DNA of 64,000 nt, taken from IMG/VR virus record IMGVR_UViG_3300027782_000038; one strand, given 5' to 3'. This DNA is from a virus. Both the position numbers and the translations under genes were made by a program. This document shows positions 39,243-49,726 of this stretch, in pieces. Every line of letters begins with the position of its first letter. The first letter of the stretch is position 1. Below the pieces are notes generated by a model, which had not been told where the DNA came from, did no database searches, and saw nothing but the letters and a program-made list of their open reading frames with translations.

Positions 39243-39247
39243 AATTA

Positions 39248-41401
39248 ATGAAATCATTCCTACAGTTGGTTGAGGAACAAGACAAGGCACATAAACCTGT
39301 GGTGATGGCATTCGGTCGTATGAATCCACCTACCACGGGTCACCTGAAACTTATTGATAAAGTTCGTGAAGTTGCAAAAAAACAAAAAGCAGAACATACT
39401 GTTATTGTATCACATTCACAAGATAGTAAGAAGAATCCTTTATCTGGTGAACAGAAAGTAAAACATCTGAAAAGATATTCACCAGGTACTAATTTTGACA
39501 CTTCAAGTAAAGAACACCCATCAATATTTCATCATGCTGCCAAATTACACGCAGCTGGACATGATCATTTGACGGTTGTTGCTGGTTCAGATCGTGTTAA
39601 AGAATTCCATGATGCACTACACAAATATAATGGTGTTCATGGCAAACATGGTTATTACAATTTCAAAAAGATTTCGGTAGTTTCTGCTGGGGCTCGTGAT
39701 CCTGATGCTGAAGGTGCGGAAGGTATGTCTGGTACTAAGATGCGTGAACATGCCAAGAATAATGATTTTAATTCTTTCCGTCAAGGTGTTCCTTCACACG
39801 TTCCAGACAAACACGCTAAAGAATTGATGCATGATACTCGTAAGGGTATGGGTTTGCATGAAGATGTGAATCGTGGTCGATTTAAAGCAATATTTGTTAC
39901 TGGTGGTCCTGGTTCAGGTAAAGATATTATCATTCGTGAATCTATTGCTGAATCACGCATTGTAGAATTGAATTTCATTCAAGCATTTGACTATCTAACC
40001 GACAAACAAAAATTATCAGAAAAATCAAATGATTACCGTAGAGAGTCGATTCGTACCCGTGGTCCATTGATTGTTAATGGACCTGCTGATGATGTAGATA
40101 AAATATCTTATATCAAAGAAGAATTGGAAGAACTTGGTTATGATACCATGATGGTATTTGTTAATACATCAAATGAAACAAGCAAAGTACGTAATTCCTT
40201 ATTATCTAGAATGATGTCAGAATCCGTCAGACAGGATAAGTGGATGAAATCACAAGAAAATGGTGATTTTTTCATGGAAAAATTTAGTACCTTCATTTCC
40301 TTTGACAATACAGGAAACATAGATACTATAGAAGAAGATATCACTAATGTTTATCAATCTACCAAAATGTTTTTGGATGAGAAAGACCTTAATGAATCTG
40401 CATCAACATGGTTGGATAGAAATTTAAACATCAATGATAAAATTAATTCATTGTTCAAGGAAAACAAAAATGTTAAAGAAAATGCTAAAGAAAATTCTAA
40501 ATCTATTCAGAAAGCAAACCTCAGAACCAAAGGCTGTGGAAAACACAGATTCCTTGCCGACAGCACCTGTAAAGGTTGTCTTGCAGTCAGAGGTCCAGCA
40601 GACGTTACGCCAGACAACAGAGGTGGTGCAACCGGTCCTTACGGAGACTCCATCAAAGGCAACACATTCCCGAGAAAAAACCCCAACGGAACAACCTACA
40701 CCTTCGGTGCAGGAGCAGGCGTCTACGCCGAAGCCAAAACGCCAACGATCAAAGTCAGTCCGACACCCAAAGAGTTCAACTTCCAAAAAGACGCAAACAC
40801 GGAAAGATTAAAGAAATTTGGTGATAAGTCACTAAGTGCATCTCGTGTTGGTAAACCCTCAGGTATTGGTCCTGAATATGATACCCGTGCTGGTGGCCAA
40901 GGTGCTGCAGCAGGTGCAGGTTTAGGTCTACAAACATATAGTGAATCTCAGGAATATAGTAACGCACAACCATCCAGTGCAGCATTGCCAGGTAGTTCTG
41001 CATTACAACCAAACCCACTTAGTAATAGTTATGATGTAAAAAAAGACTTTTCTAGTTTCAGAAAGAAAATTAAAAAAGAAGCCATTGATGATCCAGGAGC
41101 AAACGATATGGGTGTATATGGTGTTCTTGGTGGTGCAGGAAATAAGGAAGGCATGGATACTTACAAAGATCCTATGCGTAACATCGGTATCACTATTAAA
41201 AAGAAAAAAAAGTTCAATGAGGACCATGTAAAAGAATTAGAAAATGGTTTACATGAATTAGATAAATATACCTATCAGTCTATCAATAAATTAATGCAAT
41301 CTATAGCAAAAAGACATGATATAACGGGTAAAGATTTACATGATGATTTTAAAGATAAGCACAATAAAACTCCTGATGATTGGATCAAGAACAAAAAATG
41401 A
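39248..41401 (+). CDS. Cytidylyltransferase-like (HIGH) domain fused to a P-loop kinase domain
   Basis: FGRMNPPTTGH, GSDR, SGTKMR; GGPGSGKD. Confidence 0.8.
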   Translation: MKSFLQLVEEQDKAHKPVVMAFGRMNPPTTGHLKLIDKVREVAKKQKAEHTVIVSHSQDSKKNPLSGEQKVKHLKRYSPGTNFDTSSKEHPSIFHHAAKLHAAGHDHLTVVAGSDRVKEFHDALHKYNGVHGKHGYYNFKKISVVSAGARDPDAEGAEGMSGTKMREHAKNNDFNSFRQGVPSHVPDKHAKELMHDTRKGMGLHEDVNRGRFKAIFVTGGPGSGKDIIIRESIAESRIVELNFIQAFDYLTDKQKLSEKSNDYRRESIRTRGPLIVNGPADDVDKISYIKEELEELGYDTMMVFVNTSNETSKVRNSLLSRMMSESVRQDKWMKSQENGDFFMEKFSTFISFDNTGNIDTIEEDITNVYQSTKMFLDEKDLNESASTWLDRNLNINDKINSLFKENKNVKENAKENSKSIQKANLRTKGCGKHRFLADSTCKGCLAVRGPADVTPDNRGGATGPYGDSIKGNTFPRKNPNGTTYTFGAGAGVYAEAKTPTIKVSPTPKEFNFQKDANTERLKKFGDKSLSASRVGKPSGIGPEYDTRAGGQGAAAGAGLGLQTYSESQEYSNAQPSSAALPGSSALQPNPLSNSYDVKKDFSSFRKKIKKEAIDDPGANDMGVYGVLGGAGNKEGMDTYKDPMRNIGITIKKKKKFNEDHVKELENGLHELDKYTYQSINKLMQSIAKRHDITGKDLHDDFKDKHNKTPDDWIKNKK

Positions 41402-41652
41402 AATCATTTAAAAATTATCTTGAAGAAGATTTACGACAATGGTTCAAGCAAAAATGGGTTCGCATGGACACCAAAGGAAATATTAAAGGTGATTGTGCTA
41501 GAGAACCCGGTGAAGGTAAGCCAAAATGTTTACCTCAAGCGAAAGCACAAGCTTTAGGTAAAGAAGGTCGTGCTTCTGCTGCTCAAAGAAAACGTAGAGA
41601 AGATCCTAATCCGGAACGGCGTGGTAAACCAATTAACGTTAGCACAAAATAA
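41398..41652 (+). CDS. Small basic putative internal virion protein
   Basis: MKSFKNYLEE leader; LRQWFKQKWV, KPKCLP. Confidence 0.6.
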   Translation: MKSFKNYLEEDLRQWFKQKWVRMDTKGNIKGDCAREPGEGKPKCLPQAKAQALGKEGRASAAQRKRREDPNPERRGKPINVSTK

Positions 41653-41653
41653 C

Positions 41654-42727
41654 ATGAAAAAATTTAAAGAATTTAAAGAAATTATATCAGAAAAAAATGT
41701 TCCCACTAGTCCAGAAAAATGGGCTCGGGCAAAAGCAGCTGCTAAATCCAAGTTTGCTGTTTATCCTTCTGCTTACGCAAATGGTTGGGCATCTAAAAAA
41801 TATAAGTCAATGGGTGGTGGATGGAGAAGTACCCAAGAAGAAGTTGAATTGGAAGAAATTTACCATGATCCTTGGAAAGATAAACATTTTGGTCCGACAA
41901 AAGTAATCAAACAAAAATATAAAGTTAAGACAGATACCAAAACATATAATGTTAAAGCTGACAGTGAAAAACACGCACATGAATTGGTAACCAATCATGC
42001 TCCGGGTTCCAAAATTGTTTCTATTGAACATAAAGGTCGCTTCATGGAACAAGTTGAAGAAAAAGATGATGGGGATGATTTACCAGAACATGAAGTGGAA
42101 GTATTTGATTATGATACAAACTACTTTCATATATGTCCTTCTGCTACTAAATTATACAAAGATATTGAAGATAAAGTAGAACCTGAAGATCATGATTTAT
42201 TTGAAGGCATGGCAAAACTACAAGATTGTATTTTCTTTATTGAACAACATTTGACAGAAAAAAAAGGTTCTGCAAAAGAAGATGACATGGGTTATCTTTT
42301 GATGGCACAGAATATCAAAGACCAACTCGACCTTATGCTTTCTATGACAACTCCTGAAATGCGTATGGAACACGGATACCTACAAGGTCATATTGAGGTA
42401 ATTAAAGAACTTCTTGATTGGGAAAACCGCAAAGAAGAATTAGATGAACAATATGAATGGTTAGAAGAATCTGCTGCATGGAAAAGAAAAGAAGGTAAAA
42501 GTCCCACTGGAGGATTAAATGCAAAAGGTATCGCTTCTTACCGTAGAGAAAATCCTGGTTCAAAATTAAGTATGGCCGTTACAGGTAAAGTAAAAGCAGG
42601 AAGTAAAGCAGCTAAAAGAAGAAAGTCATTTTGTGCTAGGATGGGTGGTATGCCTGGTCCAATGAAAAAACCCAATGGTGAACCAACAAGAAAATCACTT
42701 GCTCTAAGCAAGTGGAAATGCAGATAA
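41654..42727 (+). CDS. Modular putative internal virion protein
   Basis: YPSAYANGW module and AWKRKEGK..RRKSFCARM module joined by acidic linkers. Confidence 0.6.
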   Translation: MKKFKEFKEIISEKNVPTSPEKWARAKAAAKSKFAVYPSAYANGWASKKYKSMGGGWRSTQEEVELEEIYHDPWKDKHFGPTKVIKQKYKVKTDTKTYNVKADSEKHAHELVTNHAPGSKIVSIEHKGRFMEQVEEKDDGDDLPEHEVEVFDYDTNYFHICPSATKLYKDIEDKVEPEDHDLFEGMAKLQDCIFFIEQHLTEKKGSAKEDDMGYLLMAQNIKDQLDLMLSMTTPEMRMEHGYLQGHIEVIKELLDWENRKEELDEQYEWLEESAAWKRKEGKSPTGGLNAKGIASYRRENPGSKLSMAVTGKVKAGSKAAKRRKSFCARMGGMPGPMKKPNGEPTRKSLALSKWKCR

Positions 42728-42740
42728 CAGGAGAATTATA

Positions 42741-44549
42741 ATGTTTGCAAAAGACAAAGTATCACAATCAATGGTAGACGCAGTAAATTCCGTATTAATG
42801 GAAAAGAAAATGCATGATGTTGAACTAGATGAAACTGGTCTACGTAAAGCTGCATATGCTGCACACAAATCAGGTCAAACTCATTTTGAATTTCAGGGTA
42901 AAACTTATCCAGTAAAAGTTCAAGGTAAAAACATTATGGCCGGTGAATCAGTTGATGAAGCCTCTGTCAAAGTACCTACCAAAACAGGTACAATGGTTTA
43001 TGGTGGAGCTAAAGGTGGTTCTGGTAAAGCATATCTACAACAAAAATATGGTGATGATCTTGCTGACGTTCACGGTCCTTCAGATAAAGACCTAGAAGCA
43101 ATTAAGCACGAAAAGAAAAAGAAAAAAGAAGTTGAAGAAGATTTCAATATTGAAGATTTCTCATTGGAAGAAATTCAAGATTTCATGCAAACTGAAGAAT
43201 ACTACCAATTGGATGAATTGAGTAAAGACACTCTCAAAAGATATATTCCTACTGCGGCCGCAGATTTAAGTAAAAAAGGCATTAATGCTGGTATTGATGC
43301 TAAATCTGGTAAAACTGGCGTAACAAAAGCATATGGTGATCATTTTCAAAAAAGATATCGTGGTATTCTTAAAGCAACTAATAAATTAGCTAAAGAAGAA
43401 GTAGAAGGTGTGAATGAAGGTCTAATGAAAACTATTGGTGGTATTCTTGGTGGCAAAAAAGAAAAATCAACAGAAAAATCAACAAATCTTTTTGATCAAC
43501 CTGATGTCAAGAAAGACACAAAAGATTATTTGAAGAAATCTGCCAAACAACCAAATGGTCCAAATACAGTTAAAAATATTTTTTCAAAAGAAGAAAATAC
43601 TTCATTTGCTTACCGTCTACTACAAAGTATTAGAGAAGGTAAGGGTAATCAACCACAAGAAACATTCACCGACAACAATATTGGTGAAGCCGGTGTTGAT
43701 CCTTCAGTTAAAACAACAGATACACTTTCTGGTCGTAAACCTGGTGGTAAATTAAATCAACATGGTCCTGATCCTAAGATTAAATTGAAATCTGAAGAAA
43801 AAGAGGAAGATGAAGGCCATGAAGATGAGAAAGAAGATAAAAAACTTATCAAGAAAATGGTTAAGTCTGATTGCGTGAAAGAAGAAGATGTTACTGAAGC
43901 AATGGATACCCGTGCTGACGTACCTGCTTTCTTACGCAAACAACGTGGTGACAAACCTTTGACTCCTGATGAAGTTAAAGCAAAGAAACCAGACACAAGA
44001 TCAGCTCCAGGTAATGTTAAAGAGGCTGAGGAAAAAGAACCTCCTTTTGCTGGCCCTTATACAAAATCAAAAGGTACTGTTACAGACAAATCTGGTGCAA
44101 AACATACTCCAATGTCCCGTGTTAAAGATTTAGCTCGCCAATCAATGAAGAAAGTTAAGACTGAAACTTTGATGGGTACGGCTGGTGCAACTTCAGAATC
44201 AGTTGAAGAATTGGATGAATTGAATGATAAAACCGTGGCTTCCTATATCAGTAAAAGAATGACAGGTGTATTGGGTGGAGAATATAAACGGGGCCAAAAA
44301 GATCAAGAGGCAAAATCCCGTACAGGTGGTTTTAATCCATTTGATGCGAAAGCACATAAACGAAAAGAAGGATTAAAAAGAGCTGTTGGTCGTTTAGCTA
44401 AAGAAGAAGTTGAAGAACTTGATGAAGATGCTATGTTGGATGTTTATCTAAAGTCTAGAGGCCTTAATCCTGCAACTATACCTACAGACAAAAAGATTGC
44501 ATATGCAAAAGGCTCAGATTTTCTGAGATGGAAGCAAAATCATTCTTAA
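42741..44549 (+). CDS. Charged, modular putative internal head protein
   Basis: Repeated LDE and LAKEEVE linkers. Confidence 0.55.
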   Translation: MFAKDKVSQSMVDAVNSVLMEKKMHDVELDETGLRKAAYAAHKSGQTHFEFQGKTYPVKVQGKNIMAGESVDEASVKVPTKTGTMVYGGAKGGSGKAYLQQKYGDDLADVHGPSDKDLEAIKHEKKKKKEVEEDFNIEDFSLEEIQDFMQTEEYYQLDELSKDTLKRYIPTAAADLSKKGINAGIDAKSGKTGVTKAYGDHFQKRYRGILKATNKLAKEEVEGVNEGLMKTIGGILGGKKEKSTEKSTNLFDQPDVKKDTKDYLKKSAKQPNGPNTVKNIFSKEENTSFAYRLLQSIREGKGNQPQETFTDNNIGEAGVDPSVKTTDTLSGRKPGGKLNQHGPDPKIKLKSEEKEEDEGHEDEKEDKKLIKKMVKSDCVKEEDVTEAMDTRADVPAFLRKQRGDKPLTPDEVKAKKPDTRSAPGNVKEAEEKEPPFAGPYTKSKGTVTDKSGAKHTPMSRVKDLARQSMKKVKTETLMGTAGATSESVEELDELNDKTVASYISKRMTGVLGGEYKRGQKDQEAKSRTGGFNPFDAKAHKRKEGLKRAVGRLAKEEVEELDEDAMLDVYLKSRGLNPATIPTDKKIAYAKGSDFLRWKQNHS

Positions 44550-44562
44550 TAAGAAAAAATAT

Positions 44563-45039
44563 ATGTCTAAGAAACTAAAAGATTTTATTAAGAAGAATCC
44601 TGAACCAGCTGGCGGAACAAATAATAATCCAAGCCAGTTGGGACAGTATTCATCAAAATATAATATCAGTGAAGCTCCCACATTGGATCGTTATCTATTA
44701 TCAAGAGGTATAGATCCAAAACGGACTGCACTTTCAACAAAGATTGGTCACTCTAAATCTTCGTTGTTTATGAAATGGAAAAATGATCATCAATTTGAAG
44801 AAGTTGAACAGACTTATGGTAAAAAATCAAAGATAAGCAAAGAATCATCAATTGGTGAAAATAAACCATCGGCTGCTTCAACCTTAACTGGCGGTAAAAC
44901 ATTAACAGGTAATTCTAGAGATAATGTTGAAATTGATCCGATGATGAAAACCAATAAACCAGATCAACCATTAAAAGATAGTACTGAAAAGAAGAAAAAC
45001 TTTAGTGGTCTCAGAAAAGAATTAAAGATAAATAGGTAA
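44563..45039 (+). CDS. Hypothetical protein
   Basis: Shares LD.YL.SRG..P....KI...K...F..WK module with the end of the upstream ORF. Confidence 0.55.
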   Translation: MSKKLKDFIKKNPEPAGGTNNNPSQLGQYSSKYNISEAPTLDRYLLSRGIDPKRTALSTKIGHSKSSLFMKWKNDHQFEEVEQTYGKKSKISKESSIGENKPSAASTLTGGKTLTGNSRDNVEIDPMMKTNKPDQPLKDSTEKKKNFSGLRKELKINR

Positions 45040-45066
45040 CATAACCCAAGGTTAAAGGAGATAGAA

Positions 45067-45720
45067 ATGGCTTTATGGGGAACTACAGATGCTGCTAACA
45101 GCAAACCAATACTTCCGGTAGAAAGAGAAGTCGTATCAATTACATCATTAGTAACACAAAACGCAACTATTGCAACCGCTAACACAATTACGTTTCAAAA
45201 AATTGCTGGTTCCAATTCTATTCCTTCAAACATTATTGTTGGATCTTTTGTTTATTCATTAGATGCAAACAATGCTGTTTCTAGGTATACTGATGGTACT
45301 ATCATTACTCAAAATGAAGTTGCTTTCTTTAAATCAAATAATAGGGTCGTTGCAGTCGATAGTGCTAATAGTACTGTTAGATTAGCAAATACATTAGTTG
45401 CAGTTTTAGCTAATAACTCGACTGTTTGGTTTGCAAATTTGATCACATACAAAGCAAACACACAAGCTAATACTTATTACTTAGATACAGTTTTGATGAC
45501 ACCCGGTCGTGTTGCTAATAACAGAACTTCATCGGCCTCACCAGCTGTAGCTAACATTGGTAATATGAATCAAGGTTGGGTACACGTTCAAAAGAAAACT
45601 AATGGTGGCGATGGTGCTGTGCGTTATATAACTGAAACATTGGTTGCACTTGCTAATACATCAGCTGCTAATACTGCATCTGGTAATACAAGTTTTGGTA
45701 GATTTGTTTCTGGTCTTTAA
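45067..45720 (+). CDS. Putative structural protein
   Basis: MALWG start, A/N/T-rich, GWV..ETLVA. Confidence 0.55.
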   Translation: MALWGTTDAANSKPILPVEREVVSITSLVTQNATIATANTITFQKIAGSNSIPSNIIVGSFVYSLDANNAVSRYTDGTIITQNEVAFFKSNNRVVAVDSANSTVRLANTLVAVLANNSTVWFANLITYKANTQANTYYLDTVLMTPGRVANNRTSSASPAVANIGNMNQGWVHVQKKTNGGDGAVRYITETLVALANTSAANTASGNTSFGRFVSGL

Positions 45721-45772
45721 TTAAATTTAAATAAATTATGAAAAAATAATATGATTATTACTGATGTGAAAT

Positions 45773-46159
45773 ATGTTTGATGACTTAAATGAAGATAATT
45801 TTCTGATTTATGCGATAAAATGTTATATCGCTCCAAATTATATAATGTCTGAATTTGAAGGTGATCTTAAAAGAACAAAATATCTTAAAAGATTATTTCG
45901 TAGATATAAGGTCACCAAATCAATTAAAGAACGATTGATATTAAATCACATTATTTTGTTGAATAATGTTTTTGGTCCAGAAGCAACATCAAGGATATTA
46001 TTCTACAAGATAGATGAAAGAGATTATGACATTCTGAAAACTTTTCTGATATATCTTAATATTATGCCAGAAACAGTTTTTAACATAAATGGTAAAAACA
46101 TATACTCTACTGATATTCCAGTGGATTTACAAGCGGCCGAGATATTAAGAAAAATATGA
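45773..46159 (+). CDS. Conserved T4-like hypothetical protein
   Basis: EF..DLKR.KYLKRL, ERLILNHII.L.NVFG. Confidence 0.65.
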   Translation: MFDDLNEDNFLIYAIKCYIAPNYIMSEFEGDLKRTKYLKRLFRRYKVTKSIKERLILNHIILLNNVFGPEATSRILFYKIDERDYDILKTFLIYLNIMPETVFNINGKNIYSTDIPVDLQAAEILRKI

Positions 46160-46674
46160 TAAAATTCAAACAATACTTAGAAGAAGCCGATAAGAAAGAT
46201 ACAGTCACAGTTGATATTCCTTTACTGATTCGTTTACTTGAACTCGCACGTGAAGATATCAAGTCTGATATGGATTTACATCGTGTTGTTGAACGACTCA
46301 TTGATATTCGTAATAAAGGCATACTAACAATGGATGATTATGATTTCATTGCACATATCAAAGAAGAATTTGTTAATGAACACATTGTTAAAGTCGGAGA
46401 TCAATATAGATTAGTATCAAAAAGTACAGGTAAAAATCTAGGAACATATCCTTCAAAGTCCGGCGCAGAAAAACGTGAAAAACAAGTTCAGTATTTCAAG
46501 CATATAGGTGAAGATGGTATTGCTGCAACAGGACCAACAAATGTAAATGTAGTAGGTGGTGGTGCTATAGCAGGTACAGGCGGGCTAGGTGGTGAACCTG
46601 GTGTTAATTTACGTAATCGTAAAAAACAAAATCCAATTGTAATGGCTATGGGAAAAAGGAAAGCACTAGAATAA
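46156..46674 (+). CDS. Putative internal virion protein
   Basis: MIKFKQYLEE leader; GKNLGTY..AEKREKQVQYFKH. Confidence 0.55.
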   Translation: MIKFKQYLEEADKKDTVTVDIPLLIRLLELAREDIKSDMDLHRVVERLIDIRNKGILTMDDYDFIAHIKEEFVNEHIVKVGDQYRLVSKSTGKNLGTYPSKSGAEKREKQVQYFKHIGEDGIAATGPTNVNVVGGGAIAGTGGLGGEPGVNLRNRKKQNPIVMAMGKRKALE

Positions 46675-46685
46675 CATAAATTGGA

Positions 46686-47126
46686 GTGAATATGTGGATT
46701 TTAAGTTGGTTGCCCGAATTTGTATTTCATTTGATTTTAACAATAGGACTTTTAGGACTAATTTCTAGTTTTTTACTAGGTTTAATTCCCTTTGTAAATA
46801 CATATAAAATTCCTATACAGATTGTTTCAATACTTTTACTAGTTATTGGAATATGGTTTGAAGGTGTAATTTGTACAAATAAGGCTTGGGAACAAAAAGT
46901 ATCTCAATTAGAGCTTAAATTAGCTCAAGCGGAAAAACTCTCATCTGATTTGAATACTCAATTGGTTGAACAGATGTTTGAGAATGAAAAGAAATTGATT
47001 GAGTTAGTGAATGAAAACAAAAAATATCTTAATTCTGTTAGAGTTAAGGTTGATAATGAATGTAAGATTGGTCCAGAAGTTATAAATCTACATAACTCCT
47101 CAGCAAAGAACAAGGCAATCAAATGA
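46686..47126 (+). CDS. Putative i-spanin (Rz-like)
   Basis: N-terminal transmembrane helices plus coiled coil; overlaps lipoprotein gene. Confidence 0.6.
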   Translation: MNMWILSWLPEFVFHLILTIGLLGLISSFLLGLIPFVNTYKIPIQIVSILLLVIGIWFEGVICTNKAWEQKVSQLELKLAQAEKLSSDLNTQLVEQMFENEKKLIELVNENKKYLNSVRVKVDNECKIGPEVINLHNSSAKNKAIK

Positions 47127-47380
47127 AATATTTGATTATTTGTTTATCCCTACTAGTAACTGGTTGTGTAATGCCAGTCAAACAAAACTTTCCATCCGTA
47201 CCAAAAACTTTCTTAGAACAACCACAAGAGTTGAAAGAAGTTCCCGAAAACTCATCATTTTCAAATATGTTAGATATTGTACTGGACAATTATGGTTCAT
47301 ATTACATAGTTTCAGAAAGACTAACTGCATGGCAAAATTGGTACAAACAGCAAAAACAAATATTTGAGGCAATAAAATGA
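47123..47380 (+). CDS. Putative o-spanin (Rz1-like lipoprotein)
   Basis: VTGC lipobox, Pro-rich segment. Confidence 0.65.
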   Translation: MKYLIICLSLLVTGCVMPVKQNFPSVPKTFLEQPQELKEVPENSSFSNMLDIVLDNYGSYYIVSERLTAWQNWYKQQKQIFEAIK

Positions 47381-47985
47381 TTACATCTGATAAATTAAAA
47401 CAATTCATACCAGATAATAAACATATAGATGAATGGTGTGTTTCTTTAAATAATATACTTCCAAATTACGATATTAACACAGGCAAGAGAATATCCATGT
47501 TTCTTGCTCAATGTGCCCATGAATCCGGAAACTTCAATACCTTATCTGAAAATCTTTATTATAGATCACAAGCATTGATGCGTACTTGGCCTTCTAGATT
47601 TCCAACAGCAATGATAGCCGATCAATATGCAATGCAGCCGGAGAAGATTGCAAATCGTGCTTATGCTGATCGTATGGGTAATGGAAATGAAGCGTCTGGA
47701 GACGGTTGGAGATATCGTGGAAAAGGTTTAATTCAAGTTACTGGACATGACAATACTGTTAACTTTGCTAAGTCAAAAGATATGACAGTTGAACAAGCTA
47801 TAACCTATCTACTCACATATGACGGTGCCGTGGAGTCTGCTTGTTGGTACTGGAAAGTAAACAATATAAATCCATGGTGTGATGTTGAGGATGTAAAAAA
47901 AGTTACACAAATCATTAATGGTGGATACAATGGTTTGGATGATAGGATTAATAAATATAGTAGAGCAATTGAAATCTTTGGATAA
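47377..47985 (+). CDS. GH19 chitinase-like endolysin
   Basis: FLAQCAHES, ENL, YRGKGLIQVTG, INGG.NGL.DR. Confidence 0.92.
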   Translation: MITSDKLKQFIPDNKHIDEWCVSLNNILPNYDINTGKRISMFLAQCAHESGNFNTLSENLYYRSQALMRTWPSRFPTAMIADQYAMQPEKIANRAYADRMGNGNEASGDGWRYRGKGLIQVTGHDNTVNFAKSKDMTVEQAITYLLTYDGAVESACWYWKVNNINPWCDVEDVKKVTQIINGGYNGLDDRINKYSRAIEIFG

Positions 47986-48258
47986 TTGATAATGCCGATT
48001 AAAATTGTAAAAGAATTACTGACAGGAAGAGATAATCAGACCCACGATATAGCAAGATGGTCCTGGATGATTACAACTGTTGTTATAATTATCGGCGCTT
48101 CATATAACGCATTTTATACCAACTCATTTGGAGTTAGAGAATTTGCGGAATCTATAGGTATTATTGCTGGTGCTCATGGTGCAGCAGTTTTTATGAAAAA
48201 AGATTCTGAACCTGCACCAGTTCCCCTTGAACAAAATATGGTTGAAAATAAAAAATGA
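47986..48258 (+). CDS. Small membrane protein, possible holin
   Basis: Two hydrophobic segments; follows the endolysin. Confidence 0.5.
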   Translation: MIMPIKIVKELLTGRDNQTHDIARWSWMITTVVIIIGASYNAFYTNSFGVREFAESIGIIAGAHGAAVFMKKDSEPAPVPLEQNMVENKK

Positions 48259-48686
48259 CAGATTCGAATCGAGATGACGTAGAAGTTAAAATAGATATTG
48301 GTGTCTTAAAGACCCAAGTTTTGACGTTATCATCTCTTTGCAATAAGATGGATACCGTCATTGAAAAACTTATCGAACAACAAGAAAGGTATATCGGAAA
48401 AGTTTACACAGATATGGAAACACGTAGAAAAGAAACGGAAGCTGATATTGGTGAGATTCATGGTCGTATTGATACCGTCCTCGATAAAGTTCAAAGTACC
48501 GAACTTAGAATTATGGATGAAATAAAATCTCTCCGTAATGATATGTTTAAACATAATAAAGAAGAAAAAGAAGCTTTTGAGAAATTAAATCAATGGAAAT
48601 GGATGATTGCTGGTGGTATACTAGTGCTTTCATGGTTGATTTCTCACATAAATTTTGATACAATACTACATATACCCCTGAAGTAA
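48255..48686 (+). CDS. Coiled-coil protein with C-terminal transmembrane helix
   Basis: Heptad pattern, WKWMIAGG then hydrophobic tail. Confidence 0.55.
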   Translation: MTDSNRDDVEVKIDIGVLKTQVLTLSSLCNKMDTVIEKLIEQQERYIGKVYTDMETRRKETEADIGEIHGRIDTVLDKVQSTELRIMDEIKSLRNDMFKHNKEEKEAFEKLNQWKWMIAGGILVLSWLISHINFDTILHIPLK

Positions 48687-48715
48687 TTTAATTCTTCTTA
48701 TTATAATACTATATT

Positions 48716-49726
48716 ATGAGCATTTTCATCGACAGGTCTTTCCTGTTACGTATGTCCCCTAAATTGGATAGGTTCGCCAAGAAAAAAGACGACCTATACA
48801 ATTTCAGATGTCCGCTCTGTGGCGACTCACAGAAAAATAAAACAAAATCCCGTGGTTACGTTTACCGTAAGAAAAATGACTATTTCTATATGTGTCATAA
48901 TTGCGGTGTCAGTACAACTTTTTACAATTTCATAAAACTGTTAGATGCTGGACTATTGGCTGAATACCAACTTGAGAGATATAAAAATGGCGAAACTGGA
49001 AATAACAATTACCCGAAACCAAGTTTTGATGAGGTTAATACAGAAAAACCAGTATTCAGAGAAAAGTTACAACTTCCCACGATTGAGTCATTACAGGAAG
49101 GTCACTTTGCTAAACAATATGTACAAAAAAGAAAGATCCCTGAAAGCTACTTCACCAATCTTTATTATGCAGAAGATTTCAAAGAATTCGTTGAAAGCTT
49201 TGGTATACAAAAAGAGTTATTGGCTGGAGATAAACGACTCATTATCCCGTTCTATGATGAAGAAAAAAATCTCATCGCTTTTCAAGGTCGTGCTTTAGGA
49301 GAGTCTAAGTTACGGTATATCACAGTCAAGTTACATGATGATAATAAGAAGTTATTTGGACTTGATAGGATCAACCAGGAAGAAAAGATATATGTAGTTG
49401 AAGGGCCAATAGACTCAATGTTCCTAGACAATTCTGTAGCTACCTGTGATTCACATTTAGAAGCTGCATCAGAAGTTTTGAATAGATCGAATTTGGTATT
49501 GGTATTTGATAATGAACCTCGTAATAAAGAAATAGTTAGACAGATAGAACGTGCCATTGATAACCATTTTAACGTGGTAATCTGGCCTGAAATGATTGAA
49601 GAAAAAGATATTAATGATATGATACTTGCTGGCTTTACATCGGATGATATTAACGATATAATAGACAATCATACATATCAAAACCTTAGAGCAAAATTAG
49701 AATTTATGAATTGGAAAAAAATATGA
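48716..49726 (+). CDS. gp61: DNA primase gp61
   Basis: RCPLCGDS, CHNC, EGPIDS, DNEPRN. Confidence 0.95.
   Translation: MSIFIDRSFLLRMSPKLDRFAKKKDDLYNFRCPLCGDSQKNKTKSRGYVYRKKNDYFYMCHNCGVSTTFYNFIKLLDAGLLAEYQLERYKNGETGNNNYPKPSFDEVNTEKPVFREKLQLPTIESLQEGHFAKQYVQKRKIPESYFTNLYYAEDFKEFVESFGIQKELLAGDKRLIIPFYDEEKNLIAFQGRALGESKLRYITVKLHDDNKKLFGLDRINQEEKIYVVEGPIDSMFLDNSVATCDSHLEAASEVLNRSNLVLVFDNEPRNKEIVRQIERAIDNHFNVVIWPEMIEEKDINDMILAGFTSDDINDIIDNHTYQNLRAKLEFMNWKKI

Noticed and set aside
40434-40824. Overlapping ORFs within the cytidylyltransferase gene
   Set aside because: Low-complexity GC-richer linker leaves several frames open; the 40434-40811 frame cannot be excluded but has no independent support.
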